DNA of 58,251 nucleotides, counting the filler, from Sluysia triapertura (Eukaryota), in NCBI GenBank assembly GCA_046118255.1. It is 4 parts of 4 records of this genome, joined end to end, with 100 filler letters (N's around TTAATTAATTAA, not from the genome) between each part and the next. Parts side by side here need not be neighbours in the genome. Positions count along the whole stretch, not along the records: positions 1 to 13,375 come from JBJNIA010043683.1; 3 more parts are not named here. One strand, written 5' to 3'. Made by a program: the position numbers and the translations under genes. A model generated the notes under the pieces. The model was not told the origin of the DNA and ran no database searches. It was given only the letters and a program-made list of their open reading frames with translations. The stretch's first letter is position 1. Every line of letters begins with the position of its first letter. This document shows positions 1 through 13,475 of this stretch, piece by piece.

Positions 1-410
1 ATTTTGAACAAAAATTATATTTCTCAATTATTTTAAAGATATTGTACACTTTACGATATTGTTCGAAGATCTTAGATGCTTATCAAGGCTTCAAAAACAT
101 TCAAAGGTTCATAAGATCTTAAATAACCTAAAGGTTCTAAAGGTTCCAAAGGTCTAAAGGTACCTTAATGCTTCCAAAGGTTTTTCAAGTCCATCTCAAA
201 CTTCCTTAAGGTTTCAAACCCCTACATAGGTCTTTGGAACTCTAAGATATTCTTCAACTGTTAAGATTATTATAAATGTTTTCTTTTTTCATGATTCTTA
301 TTTCAACGATGTTTATAATACTTCATCTGTTACTTCTCATCATTTCTTCCTTCATTTGTAATTCTATGTTTTTTACTCGTCTCTTAATCCAAAGTTGGGC
401 AATCCCAACA
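1..410 (-). repeat. LTR-like repeat family A, copy 1 (truncated by contig start)
   Basis: Reverse complement begins TGTTGGGATTGCCCAACT and aligns with 7787-8150. Confidence 0.85.
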
Positions 411-2621
411 GTGATATTGGATTTAGTGTATAATATTGAGTTTTATTAGTTTTTAATGATGAAGTATTGCGAAGCACGTCAATGTAGATAACGTAAAAAT
501 TAGTTATTTTACTTAATTTTTATAATTTAAAATTAAAGTTAAATATGTTAATAAAGTATATATCAAATTGATACTTATAGAGAAATCAATTCAAATATGT
601 TATTGAATGCGACGTGCAACGTACGGTTGACTCACAACATACTAATGCAGAATAATATTGTGAGAAATATATTTATTATTTTATAAATTTTATCTTTAAA
701 CTAAGTTGACAAATTATGTTATTATAATAGCAACGTAACAATGATTTTAAATTTTTATTAGATGATATTAAGAACATAAGTGGATTGTTTACCATAATTC
801 CCGTTATCTTTAGATAATTAAAATGAGACTGAATTTGAACACAGACTGAAATTGCTGTCGAAATTCAATCAGTAAAATTAGTCGGCTTATTACCGACTAA
901 AGAGAATCGAGAGCTTTAATTTCCATCTTGTTCAATTTCTAATTTTAATTTCCTACAACATCATAAACTGCTATATAAACAGTTACATTTTTACGTAGAG
1001 ACAGAAGTAAAATCGACAGAGACAAAAGTTAGAGTTGAGATAACATAACTTTCTAGCTGAGGGACGTTGCCTTAATTCATCTGTGGTTAACGGTGATTAT
1101 TAAGACTTATTCTTTAGTAATTGATTACCATAAATATTTAAAGTTAGAGATCTGGGGTTAGTGATTTATTTTGTATTGAGATATTTTGCATTAATGTGGA
1201 TGAGAAAATTTAAATAAGTTGTGTCATTCCTAGTTAAGATTCGTCATTGAAAAGTGATTTATATTGTTATGAAGAATAATTCATACGATTATTGTTATAA
1301 AGTATAATTTGTATTTTATACTTTGTAAATTTATAAAGAGTTATTTATATATTTTGATTGTAATCTTGTGATAATATAAAGAATATATCTTTAATTATTT
1401 TTTATATAATATATTAATTATTTGATAATTTGGGAAAATAAAAGTATTAAAAGACAACATTTTATTTTTTTTGTTATTAAGTTAATTGTTAATTACGGTT
1501 ACTTGATTTGTAGTTTTAACAAAATAAACTTTCATTCGATCAATCTTAATTAAATTCATAACTTATTCTTAGCTTTATTTGAATTCTTCCCAATTGTGCA
1601 TATTTCTTTTGGAATTATTAGATTTTTTCCAAGCTTTATTATTGTCATGTAAAGCCAATAAAAAATAATATAAAATTAGCTCTTAACAAATATTTTATGT
1701 AAATAGAACACTTACTTGTACTTTTACGCTTTTCGCAATCTGCCACAGAAACGCGTGTCACGTGAAAATACATATTTAGCAGATTTGTGCTAGAAGGCAG
1801 GTATAGTATAAATACGAAAAACATTGCATATATGGTGTTTGTGTTGCTATACAACGCCTTGCATTTTTTCTTGCCAGAGGTTCTGTTTGTCAAGTTAATC
1901 GGTCTTTTGCTTATTTTACTTAATTACCAGTGTCGCTGCTCGCTTAAGCCCGCAGCGAAGTACACCCACACTAAGTGTTAATAAAATGATCCATCTCATA
2001 AATTATTAATCTTTCGTGGATTAGTTACAAAAATTAAAATTACATTAAACACTTCCAATATTCAAATTTATTAGTAAAATAATGTTTCTATTTACTAAGT
2101 TACTCAAAAATATAATTTACAGAAATTACAAAAAAATTATGTTACTAATTAAAATATTAACTACAAGTTTTACATTATAATTCAAATTTTTCTTGACTAA
2201 TTTTTAACAAAATTGAACACATACAATATAAATAAGCATATATTATTTGTGCTTACAAAATAAAGTCAAAATTTATATAATTAACTTAATTAATGCGATA
2301 AAGTATTAAGAACTGATAAAGTATGTGGAAGTACAGATCAGAAAAAGAAATAAAATGAAAATTCCTTATTTTAGAAATATAAAATTCAGTACATTTTAAA
2401 ATTTAATGCATAATTTATGAAAAAAATTTAGAATATTTCCTAAATGCTCCAGTAACTTTTACAAGATTCGCAGCTATATTTAAAGAATAGTTAACCAACA
2501 CATTTTAAAATATTTTTACATACATCCAAAATGTAATTTGTAATAAAATATGAATAAATTTTTCTGCATTAGAAATAAAATCAGATTTCAATGGAAATAA
2601 TAACTCTACTAACAAAAAAGT

Positions 2622-2830
2622 GTACAGAGTAGCGCAAAAAGCATGTATTTCATTTAACATTTCAAAGAGCAATTGTCTGGTTGTTGAGAATCTGGAATAT
2701 CCCGAACTTATATTTCATAATTGTGTGTGCTATTAAGAAATGTCTATGCTCAGAAACCATATCAGCATTGTTGCAACCGAAATTTCACCTGAACATTGTA
2801 TTCGCATCTGTATTCAATTTGGAAAACAAG
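2622..2830 (-). mobile_element. Possible 3' end of a Tc1/mariner relic
   Basis: TACAGAGTAGCGCAAAAA resembles a TACAGGGTG-type TIR; the minus strand shows NVQVKFRLQQC, similar to a transposase C-terminus. Confidence 0.35.
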
Positions 2831-3074
2831 AATATGTATTGAAAATAATACAACTCAGTTTGAACATTTGAAAAGCTTAGTAATGTAAATTTCTATAATT
2901 TATGCTTTATGCAAATAAATCTTTATTAAAAATAACAAGTTTTAAAAAAATATTATACATATATATTAAAAACGATTTTTATTGTCAAAACCACCAAAAT
3001 CATAGTGATGTGATAAAACAGGTATATAATTAATAATTATTTTACATAAACAAATCTATCACAAAATTGAAAAA

Positions 3075-3418
3075 TCACAAATCAATAATTTTTCCGGTGC
3101 AGCATTTACAATGAATAATTTTATAATTGATAAAATCATCATCAGTACCAATAAAAGTTGCATGATTAAAAGCAGTCAGTGTGGTATCGGAATGATTTTT
3201 TGTAGAAGAATCATTGATATTTGGATTTTTCGTAAAATTATCGTTTTGTATACAATTATAATAAGATGGATTTTGTTGCATATGGTGAAATGCATCATTT
3301 GTTGTAGAAAGAAACCCATCGTTATTGGAATGCTTCAAATCTTTCAACGATTCCAGACAATTTTCAAGTAATTCATCAAACGTTTTAGAAACTGACTGAG
3401 TGGTGCCTGTTGTAGAAT
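3075..3418 (-). CDS. GOLGA2: Golgin GM130 (GOLGA2-like), terminal exon
   Basis: AG acceptor at 3420-3419 after a (TTA)n tract. Phase 1 matches the upstream donor at 10087 (AAA G|AT TCT = K-D-S). Ends HCKCCTGKIIDL*, resembling the Cys-containing C-terminus of invertebrate GM130. Confidence 0.7.
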
Positions 3419-3419
3419 C

Positions 3420-3461
<42 letters not shown>

Positions 3462-5699
3462 TTGAGAATTATAAAATGATGCAACACAATAAAATATAAA
3501 ATATAATTTCAAATAAATCAAAGCACCTTAATAATCTTAAAATAAAATTATAAAATAAATCTAAAATATCTTAATCATTTTAAAAGATATAAATGATTTG
3601 CAATTACATAATAAACAAAAGAAATTAAAAATAGAATGCAAGAAACATAATCAAAACTTAATTATGAATGCGATCTAACGGTGGAATCAGAAAGGAAATG
3701 ACTAGCAAGAACAAACTCAAAGCAACAAATAAGTGCAAAGTAAATATGAATTAAATTTTGATCAAACCAATATTATAAAAGAAAATTAAATAATTAAATT
3801 AAATATATTAAATAATATATTTAAGTACTTTCGTTAATACATTTTATACTATATCTAGATTTTTATTAAGGATTATTCGCGTTACAATTCTCTCAAGTAT
3901 ATTACTTTCAAACTTTTAATATTATTTTTAATATTAGCTTTTAATATTATTTTGAACTAGCTCTGGAAGTCAAAGTTAGACTAGACTTTTAATTTGAATT
4001 CTCCTTTTTAATCTCTAATTGGTTAAGATTTATTTACAAAAAATACAAGTCTAATGATTACATAAAAGTACAATAGGAGACCACATGAGAAATTTTCCTT
4101 CAAAGAAAAACCTTGAATGCTTTATTTCAAAATTTAATTAACACAATGAATATTTTACGTTTGGATAAATACACTCACAAAATGACATTAAATCAAAATG
4201 CATTTTAATTTATCAAATTGGAAAATTATAAAAATTAATCGCAGATGAATTGCAATTACCTCTGCACAATTATTATTATAATTATAATTATGGAATAAAT
4301 AGTGAAAGACTCCTCTCCATATATTAGTATGTATATAATTACCAGCTGGACAATCATTTCCATAATATTTATTAAAGACTATTTTTATACTGTACATACT
4401 CTTATACTAAAATTACTATACATTACATTTATTATTACGTTCCGAATTTATTATTTTCATTTACAAAGTAGAATGAGTTAATTTTTTATAGAAACTATTG
4501 TGTTTTATATTGACTATATAATTTGATTTAAATTAAGTACATATTGATAAAATTGGCTATATAATAGAATTAATTAAAGGGAGAAATTAACCGCAGAATA
4601 AAAGGAAGAAATTAAATGGTCACAATAAGGACTGTACAAAAAATAAATTCAACCATAGACAGAAAATAAGAAAAATATTACCGTATTCTAATTTTACGAT
4701 AATCTGGAACTAAAATTGAAATCGCAACTATGTGATATTTTGAAGTTATTGCGATCTCTCTTAGACTATTTTCTGCTGAACTAAATCATCATATATTTAT
4801 ACAACAGAAAATATAAGTTTTTTAAATCATTTTTTCTATTCTTGAATCATTTTTCACAATAAATATTACTGTTAATGAGTTCACTTCGTGAGTATAAATA
4901 CTAAGATTTAAATTAAGATTTACTACTAAACATTGTATTTCTAATTCTACCGTAAATTACAAATTAAGAACTAATTTCCACGACAACAATTATTTTGGTC
5001 GACTTTCTTTAACTACAACATAGTGATCATAATACGACAGAATAAAATAAGAAAAGAGAAATAAATTGAAAAATTTATAAGACTATCACTGCTATGAATT
5101 ATGTTATGAATTTTAATGTTAGATTTACAATTACATCTTTGGCATAAGTTAAGTTTACCTTTTTTGTTTAAAATTCTCAATTGTGATTAATTGAAAATTA
5201 TACAAGATAATTTTAGATGTTTCTTTGTAGTAAAATCTTAGTAGGAAATTTATCTTTGAGATATCTTAAAATAATATTCTAAGTAATATTTGTTAGTTAT
5301 TTTCTATCTTTATGAAGATAAAATAGTTTATAAAATTGAATGGTTTATGATAATGGTTACGGTTTATTTCAACCTTAATATCGATTAATCGAACGTCGTG
5401 GGAATTTATTTCAATTCCTTAAAACAATTTTAATTCATCCATGAATGATCTTTGCTTTAATTTTACAATAATCTCAGTTTTTTACTACGTGTAAATAGGC
5501 ATAAAATTTAATCATTTATTTGAAATGGGGAAATGATCTACCCAGTTATAAATAAAAATTAATAAAGATAAATATGATTCCTGTAAATTAATAACTTTAT
5601 ATAAAAGAATTGTATAAAAATTAAATAAGGTAAAATATTCATAAAAATGATGTTTTGCTTCAAAATAACTGTCAAAAAATCGACCCTTTATTAAAAACG

Positions 5700-6750
5700 C
5701 TGAGAACTCATCGCGTCTAACACTTTTCTGAAACTTTTATCATTTTTAACAATAATTTCTTAACAATAATGAATGTGAAAAATTATAAAAAGCAAAAGGA
5801 ATACTTCGATTTGAAGCTGTAGATAAATCGGAATATAAAGCTTCAATTACTTTTTCATATTTGATTGGGATAATGAATGTGATTTTCAGTCTCGTTAATC
5901 GATCCTTTAATACTTGGAACATCTTTAGTAATCAGTGTATGATACATTTATAGTTGACATTTTTACGATACATTTTTATAGTATTTCGTTCATTTTAGTT
6001 AGATATTGATTCATTTCACAGTATCTTTTGTTTTTAAGTCAGATTTAACAAGTTGAAAGTCCATTTTAACTAATTGATTATTGTTTGTGGCACAAGAATA
6101 GATATCATTACGAAATGTCGGTGGTTTCTTTTGGGCTTCCTTTCATTAGGTCGTTATCGTGCAGAAATGTATTATTGACTATTAAAAAAGTCCTAAACAT
6201 GTTCGACAAAAAGTATGTCAACGCTTAGTTTCATTTATTAAAGTTGATGACAAATAAAGCACTGTAAATTTGATTCAATAAATTCAGTATAATCATATCG
6301 ATGAGGTCGATTAACTTAATGAGACTGATGACAATACCATCAAAGAATAGTATAATGAATTTTTCATTTACATTCACTACATACACTCTGAGAATCTGAC
6401 TGAGAATATTGAAAATTAAGAACTAATGTTCCAGTAAATTGGGTATCATCTTTAAAAGCTGGTGATAAATAAAACTGTTGATTTATTTACAATCAATACT
6501 GATGTTTTAAAACATCAGGAAATTCAGGTGGTATTTTTATTAATTCATGTAATGCTACATTTTAAATATTGCACAAAATCAAAATATTGATTTTTCTTAT
6601 TTGAAATTTGAATTGGCAAGTATTGTAACCAATTCAAACTTCAGTAGTTTGCACATAATGATATCTGAGAATTATCTGAACGGCAATTCAATAATTAAAA
6701 GTATCAATTCTGGTAGTGTTAATGGCAAGAATGATAACTGTCTACATGAT
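5700..6750 (-). pseudogene. Decayed LNX/PDZRN-type RING-finger gene copy nested in a GM130 intron
   Basis: 6339-6194 translates WYCHQSH*VNRPHRYDYTEFIESNLQCFICHQL** [frameshift] HTFCRTCL, matching LNX 'CxxCGQxH...HLYNYxxEVDDDLxCHICLQPL...GHTFCxxCL'. Outer limits approximate. Confidence 0.6.
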
Positions 6751-7786
6751 GATGATGATGATGATGATGACAGTAATAATTTATAATAATGATAATGACG
6801 ATCATGATAAAAGTATTATTATTATAAAGACATAATTATGAAATAAAAATATTATATCTTGGCAATTTTACAAAAAAGAATCTTATAATATTTATGTTAA
6901 AGAATTACTACTTACTACTTACTATTTAAAACTTCTTACATCTTATCTTAAAGAATTAGAACCTATTATAGCATATTTTTGAATATTTTTACAATGTTAC
7001 AGAAAGATATCAAAGTAGTGAATTGTATTATAAACATAAAAAATGGTATTATAAGTACGAATTAAAAGTTTGTTGATGATTTAAGATTGACAAATATTTT
7101 AAGATATAATAAGAATGACATAAACTGATGTTTAAAATTTATTGTAAGATATGTAAGATTTAAATTGAGAAGTTGTAATAATTGTGATATGTTGAGTTTG
7201 TAAATGCCTTGGATTAAATGTTTAAGAATGTTTTTATCTATAATAAAATTGTAAGTTATGGAGTGATACACCAGAGTCAATATAGTTTATAAAGCGAATA
7301 TTCTTAAAAGTACATGAAAAATAATTGTAAAGTTACATATTTGAAAATAAAATAATTTCGATAGGACTTAAATTAGAAATTTAATTTAGTAATTTAAATA
7401 AAGTTTAAAAAAATTTCTACAATTTCAAATAATCACTATAATTATAATAATTAAAATAATAAATAATCTATAATTTTTACAAGAATATATTAATAAGTTG
7501 CGCCATAAAAATTAAAATATACACATAGATCATATGCATAACCAAATTTTACATATAAAACGTTTATTTGTCATTATAATTTCAACTAATAATAAGACAC
7601 ACCAATTTCCATTGGACTTTCACTTCTTACAGTGTCCAAAACACATGTATGGCGAGACAAAATTATATATCCAATCATATATAAACGATTTAAATGCTTC
7701 TTAAAATTGTTTGTATATGTTGAAATATGAACAGTATACAACCATTCATTTATCATTATGCTATGGTAATATTAGACCCCTTCATT

Positions 7787-8905
7787 TGTAGGGATTGCCC
7801 AACTGTAGATCAGGAGATGAGTAAGAACTATAAAATCAAGGAAGAACTGATACAAGTGATGGATTGTAATTATAAACATTGTTGAAATAAGAATCATGAA
7901 AAGAAAACATTTATAATGACTAAAGAATATCTTAAGGTTCCAAGGACCTATATAAGGGTTTGAGACCTTAAGGAAGCTTGAGATGGACTTGAAAAACCTT
8001 TAGAAGCATTAGGAACCTTTGAACATTAGAACCTTTAGATCATTTAAGACCTTAGTAACCTTTAAGTTTCTTGGAACATCGATGAGCATTTGAAATCCTT
8101 TAGTAATCTTATAAAGTGTTTAACATCTTTGAAATATTTGAGAAATAAAATCAGTTATTGGTATTAAGAATAAATCTAGTATAGTAATAATTAACAAGGA
8201 GAAATAGAAAATGGAATCAGAGAGGTGAAGGTGATAACATCTAGAGCTTCCTGAATGTCTTATAAACAATTGAATAACTTTATAGTCTTAATAAAACCTT
8301 TAAATATAGAATAAGATTAAGTCTAAAAATAAATTAATTAAAATCGTAATTAACTTAATTAAGAAAAAGTACGTTTTTGAATAACTTTTGATTAAGGAAT
8401 GCTATGTTGAATTTGAAACTGTGTATGCATTTCTTTTGAAAAGAACCTTTCAGTGAAAGTATGGTTTGACCAAGTTCATACAAGGAATGTCTTAATATTG
8501 AGCAAAGTCAAATTTTAATTAATTCTTAATTATGCAATGTTGAATTTTTTATACTTAGAATGATGCAAATATAATGAACTGAATATGAGATGATTGCTAT
8601 GAAAAAGGAGAATCTAGAAGTGAGTTTGAAGTATTTGTAGAGTGGTTTGTTTGAGAATAAGAATCAAATTTTTCTTATTTTTCATTAGAAAATGGATGTG
8701 AAAAACCAGAAATCGATTAAATTCTGAAAACTAAAATTAAATTACTTATTTTTTATGTATGTCAACAATAATAATGATTGTTATTTTAATGTGAGAATTA
8801 ATTTAAGTAAAAGTAGATTGAGTAAAGGAAAATAATAAATAATCGTAAATCAAATTTTTGTGTTCTGTATCTAATAAAGTTTGACATTCTGTACCATGAA
8901 AGTGT
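7787..8905 (+). repeat. LTR-like repeat family A, longest copy (in GM130 intron)
   Basis: Starts TGTAGGGATTGCCCAACT; internal GAACCTTT-type subrepeats; AATAAA near 8873. The 5' half matches 1-410 and 46415-46977, the 3' half matches 38970-39455. 3' end not defined. Confidence 0.85.
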
Positions 8906-9544
8906 CAAAGTTATTATTAATTCTCAAAGAATGTTGCAGTGATGTGTGAGAAATTGTTTAATAACAAAATTGGAAATTATTGGATGATGATAAAATATTA
9001 ATAGAAAAACTTAAAAATTTTACTACACAACGCAACAACTACGACAATAAAACAATAATAACAATTAGTAATTTAAATAAGATCAATGTTTTAAGTAATT
9101 TTTGAATTCATTTTATAATTAAAAATAATATTTTTTGGAGGATTTTATTAAAATAGGTTTTGTTCTTGTGTTCTGCTGAAAAATTTATATTTGATAATAG
9201 TTAATATTTTTCTTAATGTTGCGTTACCTCTGGTTTCTTTTGATAGATTGTTATATGCTTGAGACTATTATAAACGTTATTGTTAATCTCGTCATTTTAA
9301 TCATTTTTAGTACTGCTTAGAGATTTATAATAATATTAATTTCTAATTGATTTTTATTTAACCAGTAAATTGTTGTGTTATTGATTTGATTTCCAAGAGC
9401 TTAATTTTTGGGTGAATAATTATTGATATTAAATAAGAGAATTATTGAAAAGCTATATTTGATCTAGTGAATACTTAAATTATTAAGATTCTTTTTAAGC
9501 TAATTAAAATAATATTGAGCTATCATAGCTAGTAATTTTAAAGA

Positions 9545-10048
9545 CGCAACACATCATCACAAATGACAATTCGATTGAAAAATGGATCAGATTTGTCAGA
9601 AAGCAACAAGCTTCCAAACACTTGCTTCTTTTATTCAGTTCATGTAGAACTCACCCAACTTTTCACTTTACCGATTTGAACTAGATGAATTAATATTATT
9701 TGTTTTCTAACACCAAACGTCAACGTTAATTCATAGGAACTCTGAGATAGGTAAGACTCAATAATGACTTTTAGTTTGGCATCATTTAACTTTGATTCCT
9801 CACAAACGCGTAGATCAAAGTTTCCCTACAAAATTTTTCGAACTAATATGATGCTGTCTGTTGCACAGTAACACTATAGACAAATACATTATTGTTTTGC
9901 GCGATCTGTGATGTCGGATCCCACGTAAAAATTCATACTTTATGATAGTATGAATTTCCGAGCGTTCAACAAAATTTTATTAGAGCTTACAATGATTTAT
10001 TTTAAAGAGGCGAATTATGTAACGGAACGGTATAATCTCGGGCCCATA
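9545..10048 (-). mobile_element. Degenerate mariner (DD34D) 5' half in a GM130 intron
   Basis: Frameshifted translation gives EIHTIIK-YEFxRG, KLKVIIES..SQSSYELTLTFGVRKQIILIHLVQIGKVK, WVLHELNK (WVPHEL motif) and SDPFFNRIVICDD (RIVTCDEKW motif). Confidence 0.85.
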
Positions 10049-10087
10049 TCAAATAATCTTTTTAAAGTGGCAATATTAACTACAAAC

Positions 10088-10361
10088 CTTTTAGCAATCG
10101 AATCTGTTGATCCAATTTCGATAATTTGACATCAACTAATCTATGTTGATGTTCAAGTTTTGCATATAATTGTTCTTTCGCTTCATTACGTTTCTTCAAC
10201 TTAGCTCGTTGACATTGATATAGTGTAATGTAATCAACAATAGTATCTGTTTCACAATCTAATTGTGCAACAACTCTTTCCAATTGCTTGTTATCTTGCT
10301 CCAAATCATGTGCCTGATCTTTAAATCGCTTATTTTCTGCATACATTATTTCATATGCTCT
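10088..10361 (-). CDS. GOLGA2: Golgin GM130 (GOLGA2-like), internal exon
   Basis: AG at 10363-10362, GT(TTGT) donor at 10087. Encodes RAYEIMYAENKRF...QLDCETDTIVDYITLYQCQRAKLKKR, the conserved GOLGA2 'QLxGETDTIGEYIALYQxQR' motif. Confidence 0.9.
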
Positions 10362-11507
10362 CTACAAAATAACAATTAATAACAATTAATAACAATAATA
10401 ATAATAATAATAATTCATTAAATGTATAGTAAATTATAAAAATATCTTAATAATCTTAAAATGAAATAAATCTAAAATATCTTAATTGTAAAAGAATATT
10501 TCAATAATTAAAATAATCTTAAAATATCTTGAGACAAAAGTAAACTTAAGAAAATAAAAATAAACTTGGAAAATCAGATTTGTATTATCCGCACTTAATT
10601 AACAAGTTGGGAAAATTACTAATTAGAAAATCGAAAAAAACACGGTTTTTTTAAAATGGAAATGAAAAATCTAAATCTAATAAATGAATGCTATAAGTAA
10701 ATGAATTGTAATATGGTTAAACTAATGTGAATAAAAAATTAATTGATATGTTAATGAAATATATTAAAATCACTTATAAGATATTAACTATAGTAAAGTT
10801 ATAGAATCTAATTAAAAATAGGCAGTTATATAGTATTGGTATAAAATATTTAAAGGGTTATTTCTTTATAGTAAAAAATAGACAACAATAAATGTCAAAT
10901 ATACCGAACTATATATTATACATTGTCATTGTACAATTACGATTAATCGACATATTTTACAAATTGGTACTGAAAAAATCATTTGAGGATTGCATTCGTT
11001 AATATACTTATTCGATTTAAAATATTAATTGATATTAAAGCAAATCCTATATTATCATTTAGAATAAACAGTCATACGTACTATTAGATTTATAAATAAA
11101 AGAAATTATTTGCTACATTTAATATTATGCACTCGACCTGAATTGAATTTAAATATCTAATTAAAATCATAGTTATGCGTGTGGTCACAGTTATTTCTTT
11201 TGTTAAATTTAATTTAGTCCAACAAGAGACAAACTTAAATTAAAAAATAGACTAAACATAAACACCTATTTAACATAAACTTATTTAACTTTTTTTAAAG
11301 ATAAACCTTCATAATAAAGGTGATAATTAAAGAATTCATAATGCAACAATAAAATATTGCAATACTAAATTTATTGTTTTATAAATAATCTAAAATTAAT
11401 TTTAATAAATTAATAAAAAGAAACTTTAATGACAAAATATAGAACGCATTTCAAAGCAATCCTTATAAAGAATTGAACCAAATAAAAATTTTGTATAATA
11501 ATAATAC

Positions 11508-12071
11508 TTTTAATTTCGAATATTCAGATTTGAAATCTATTTCGTCAGTATTAATATTAGAATCATTTTCTTTTGTGTTATTTTGCTTTCCATTTTTTAT
11601 AATAGAAAGATTGGTTTCCCGATCTTTACATTTTTCAATTAATTCATTTCTTTCAACTTCTAATTGTCTTATAGTTAATTGAGCAGCTTGATTATCAACA
11701 TTAATAACTTTTTGTGGAAATTGTTTTTGAATTTGAGACTTCAACAAACTGTTTTCATTAATCAATTCCATAATTCGATTCTCAGCACTAGATAAATCAT
11801 TCAAAGAATATTGTTTAATATCACTGTTTAGCGTTTGTGTAGTACGACTATTAGTAACTGAATACTCTTCTGGAATAACACTTCGGGACACGATTTCTTC
11901 GGTTAATTGATAATAATTTTGTGATAATTTTTTAATTTCTTCATCTTTACGATTTAATTGAGTACGAGATTCGTTTAATTCTTCTTCTTGTTCTTCAACT
12001 CTAAGAACTAATTCTTTGTTAACATGCTGTTCATGTTGAAGATTAGTTGATAAATCCATATTTTCACTACT
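11508..12071 (-). CDS. GOLGA2: Golgin GM130 (GOLGA2-like), internal exon
   Basis: AG at 12073-12072, GT donor at 11507, phase 0/0. Begins SSENMDLSTNLQHEQHVNKEL (GOLGA2 'NENMEITSALQSEQHVKREL'); coiled coil. Confidence 0.88.
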
Positions 12072-12833
12072 CTATAAAAAAGAGTTCAATAGCATGAGTA
12101 AAAGACATGGAGAAACAAATTTATACATTATTTATACATTAACGTAAAATCAATAATTATTAATATGAATAAAATGAAAACTTAAATTAACATAACCATA
12201 ATAAAAGTACTCCAAAAATAAATTGATAATGAACTGCTCATAGCAAACATTTCTAAATATTTCTAAATTCTTGTTTAAATAAATTGATTGTTTCCGAAAA
12301 ACTCAAAATAACTTCAAAATATTATTGTAATAAAATAAATACATTTAATGTGCAATACATTCGTCATAAAATACATTTCTGCACTAAAATATCAAGTTTT
12401 TTTTAGTTTATAAAATGACTGAGCAGATTTCTATACGTTGAATTTATAATAAATATACTTTATTACGTTCAGCCTTAAAAGTATATTTGTATATAGAAAT
12501 TTAAAACTTTAACTTTATTTAAGCATTAAGATTTACGTTTCCATCTCAACCACCAAAAATGAGTTCGTAACCGACTAATTATAAACCCCGATGTATTGCC
12601 ATAAAATTACCCATAGCAACTTTAACTTTTACACCATTTACAGTAATTCAATAACATAACAATAAAATATTACAAACATAAACAAGTTATACAATAAACA
12701 AAGCATAAAACATTTTACAAATAATTTTAATATTTAAAAAATAAAATTCATTAAATTAAATAATTTTTAAGTAATAAAGCAGAATACTTTTTATTGCAAT
12801 AACAATAACATCATCATCACGATCAACAGCAGC

Positions 12834-12869
<36 letters not shown>

Positions 12870-12893
12870 AATAATAATAATAATATAACTAAC

Positions 12894-13222
12894 AACTTTT
12901 ACAAAAGCTTCTTGTAATTCAACCAACTGTGATTTAAGCTGCTTATTTTGGCTCATGGCCCTACTAAGAGCAGTTTTATCACTTTGAATTTGATTCAATA
13001 AAGTGTTGTAATCTGTCTTAGATGATTCTAGTTCATCATTGCGTTCTGATAAATATTCGTTTTTATCTTGTAAATCTTCATTCATTTTCGACAGCCTATC
13101 ATTATTAAATATAGTGGATTTCAATTTATCTGATAATTCTTGAATTTGAGATTCATATTGATTTAATTGGTTTTTAAGTTTATCTTTTTCATTCTTCAAA
13201 AATTGAATCTCTTTTTCGTTAT
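12894..13222 (-). CDS. GOLGA2: Golgin GM130 (GOLGA2-like), internal exon (5' part of gene not in this contig)
   Basis: AG at 13224-13223, GTTAGT donor at 12893. Encodes QSDKTALSRAMSQNKQLKSQLVELQEAFVKV (GOLGA2 'SRALSQNRELKEQLAELQxxFVKL'). Confidence 0.9.
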
Positions 13223-13340
13223 CTAAATAAATATATTAAACTATGATCAAATAATATATGTACACATTAAAATTTTTAAACATTAAAACTATTGTTACAT
13301 GCAAGTTGCGAAATGTCATAATAGTTTGTTTAAAATATAC

Positions 13341-13374
<34 letters not shown>

Positions 13375-13375
13375 T

Positions 13376-13475
13376 NNNNNNNNNNNNNNNNNNNNNNNNN
13401 NNNNNNNNNNNNNNNNNNNTTAATTAATTAANNNNNNNNNNNNNNNNNNNNNNNNNNNNNNNNNNNNNNNNNNNN
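13376..13475. other. Assembly linker (N44-TTAATTAATTAA-N44)
   Basis: Six-frame stop spacer between N runs; artificial. Confidence 0.98.

Noticed and set aside
465-630. Helitron-like 3' hairpin remnants (GTATTGCGAAGCACG; GACGTGCAACGTACGG)
   Set aside because: Too degenerate, no clear CTAG end or RepHel sequence.
1930-1981. Possible piggyBac-like terminus (TTAA-CACTTAGTG on the minus strand)
   Set aside because: No matching opposite end or transposase found.
4260-4406. 147-bp minus-strand AG/GT-bounded open segment in the GM130 intron
   Set aside because: Phase 0/0 is incompatible with the phase-1 GM130 intron and it has no recognisable homology.
13420-13431. TTAATTAATTAA palindromes between N runs (also 30486-30497, 47022-47033)
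   Set aside because: Artificial six-frame-stop contig linker, not biology.
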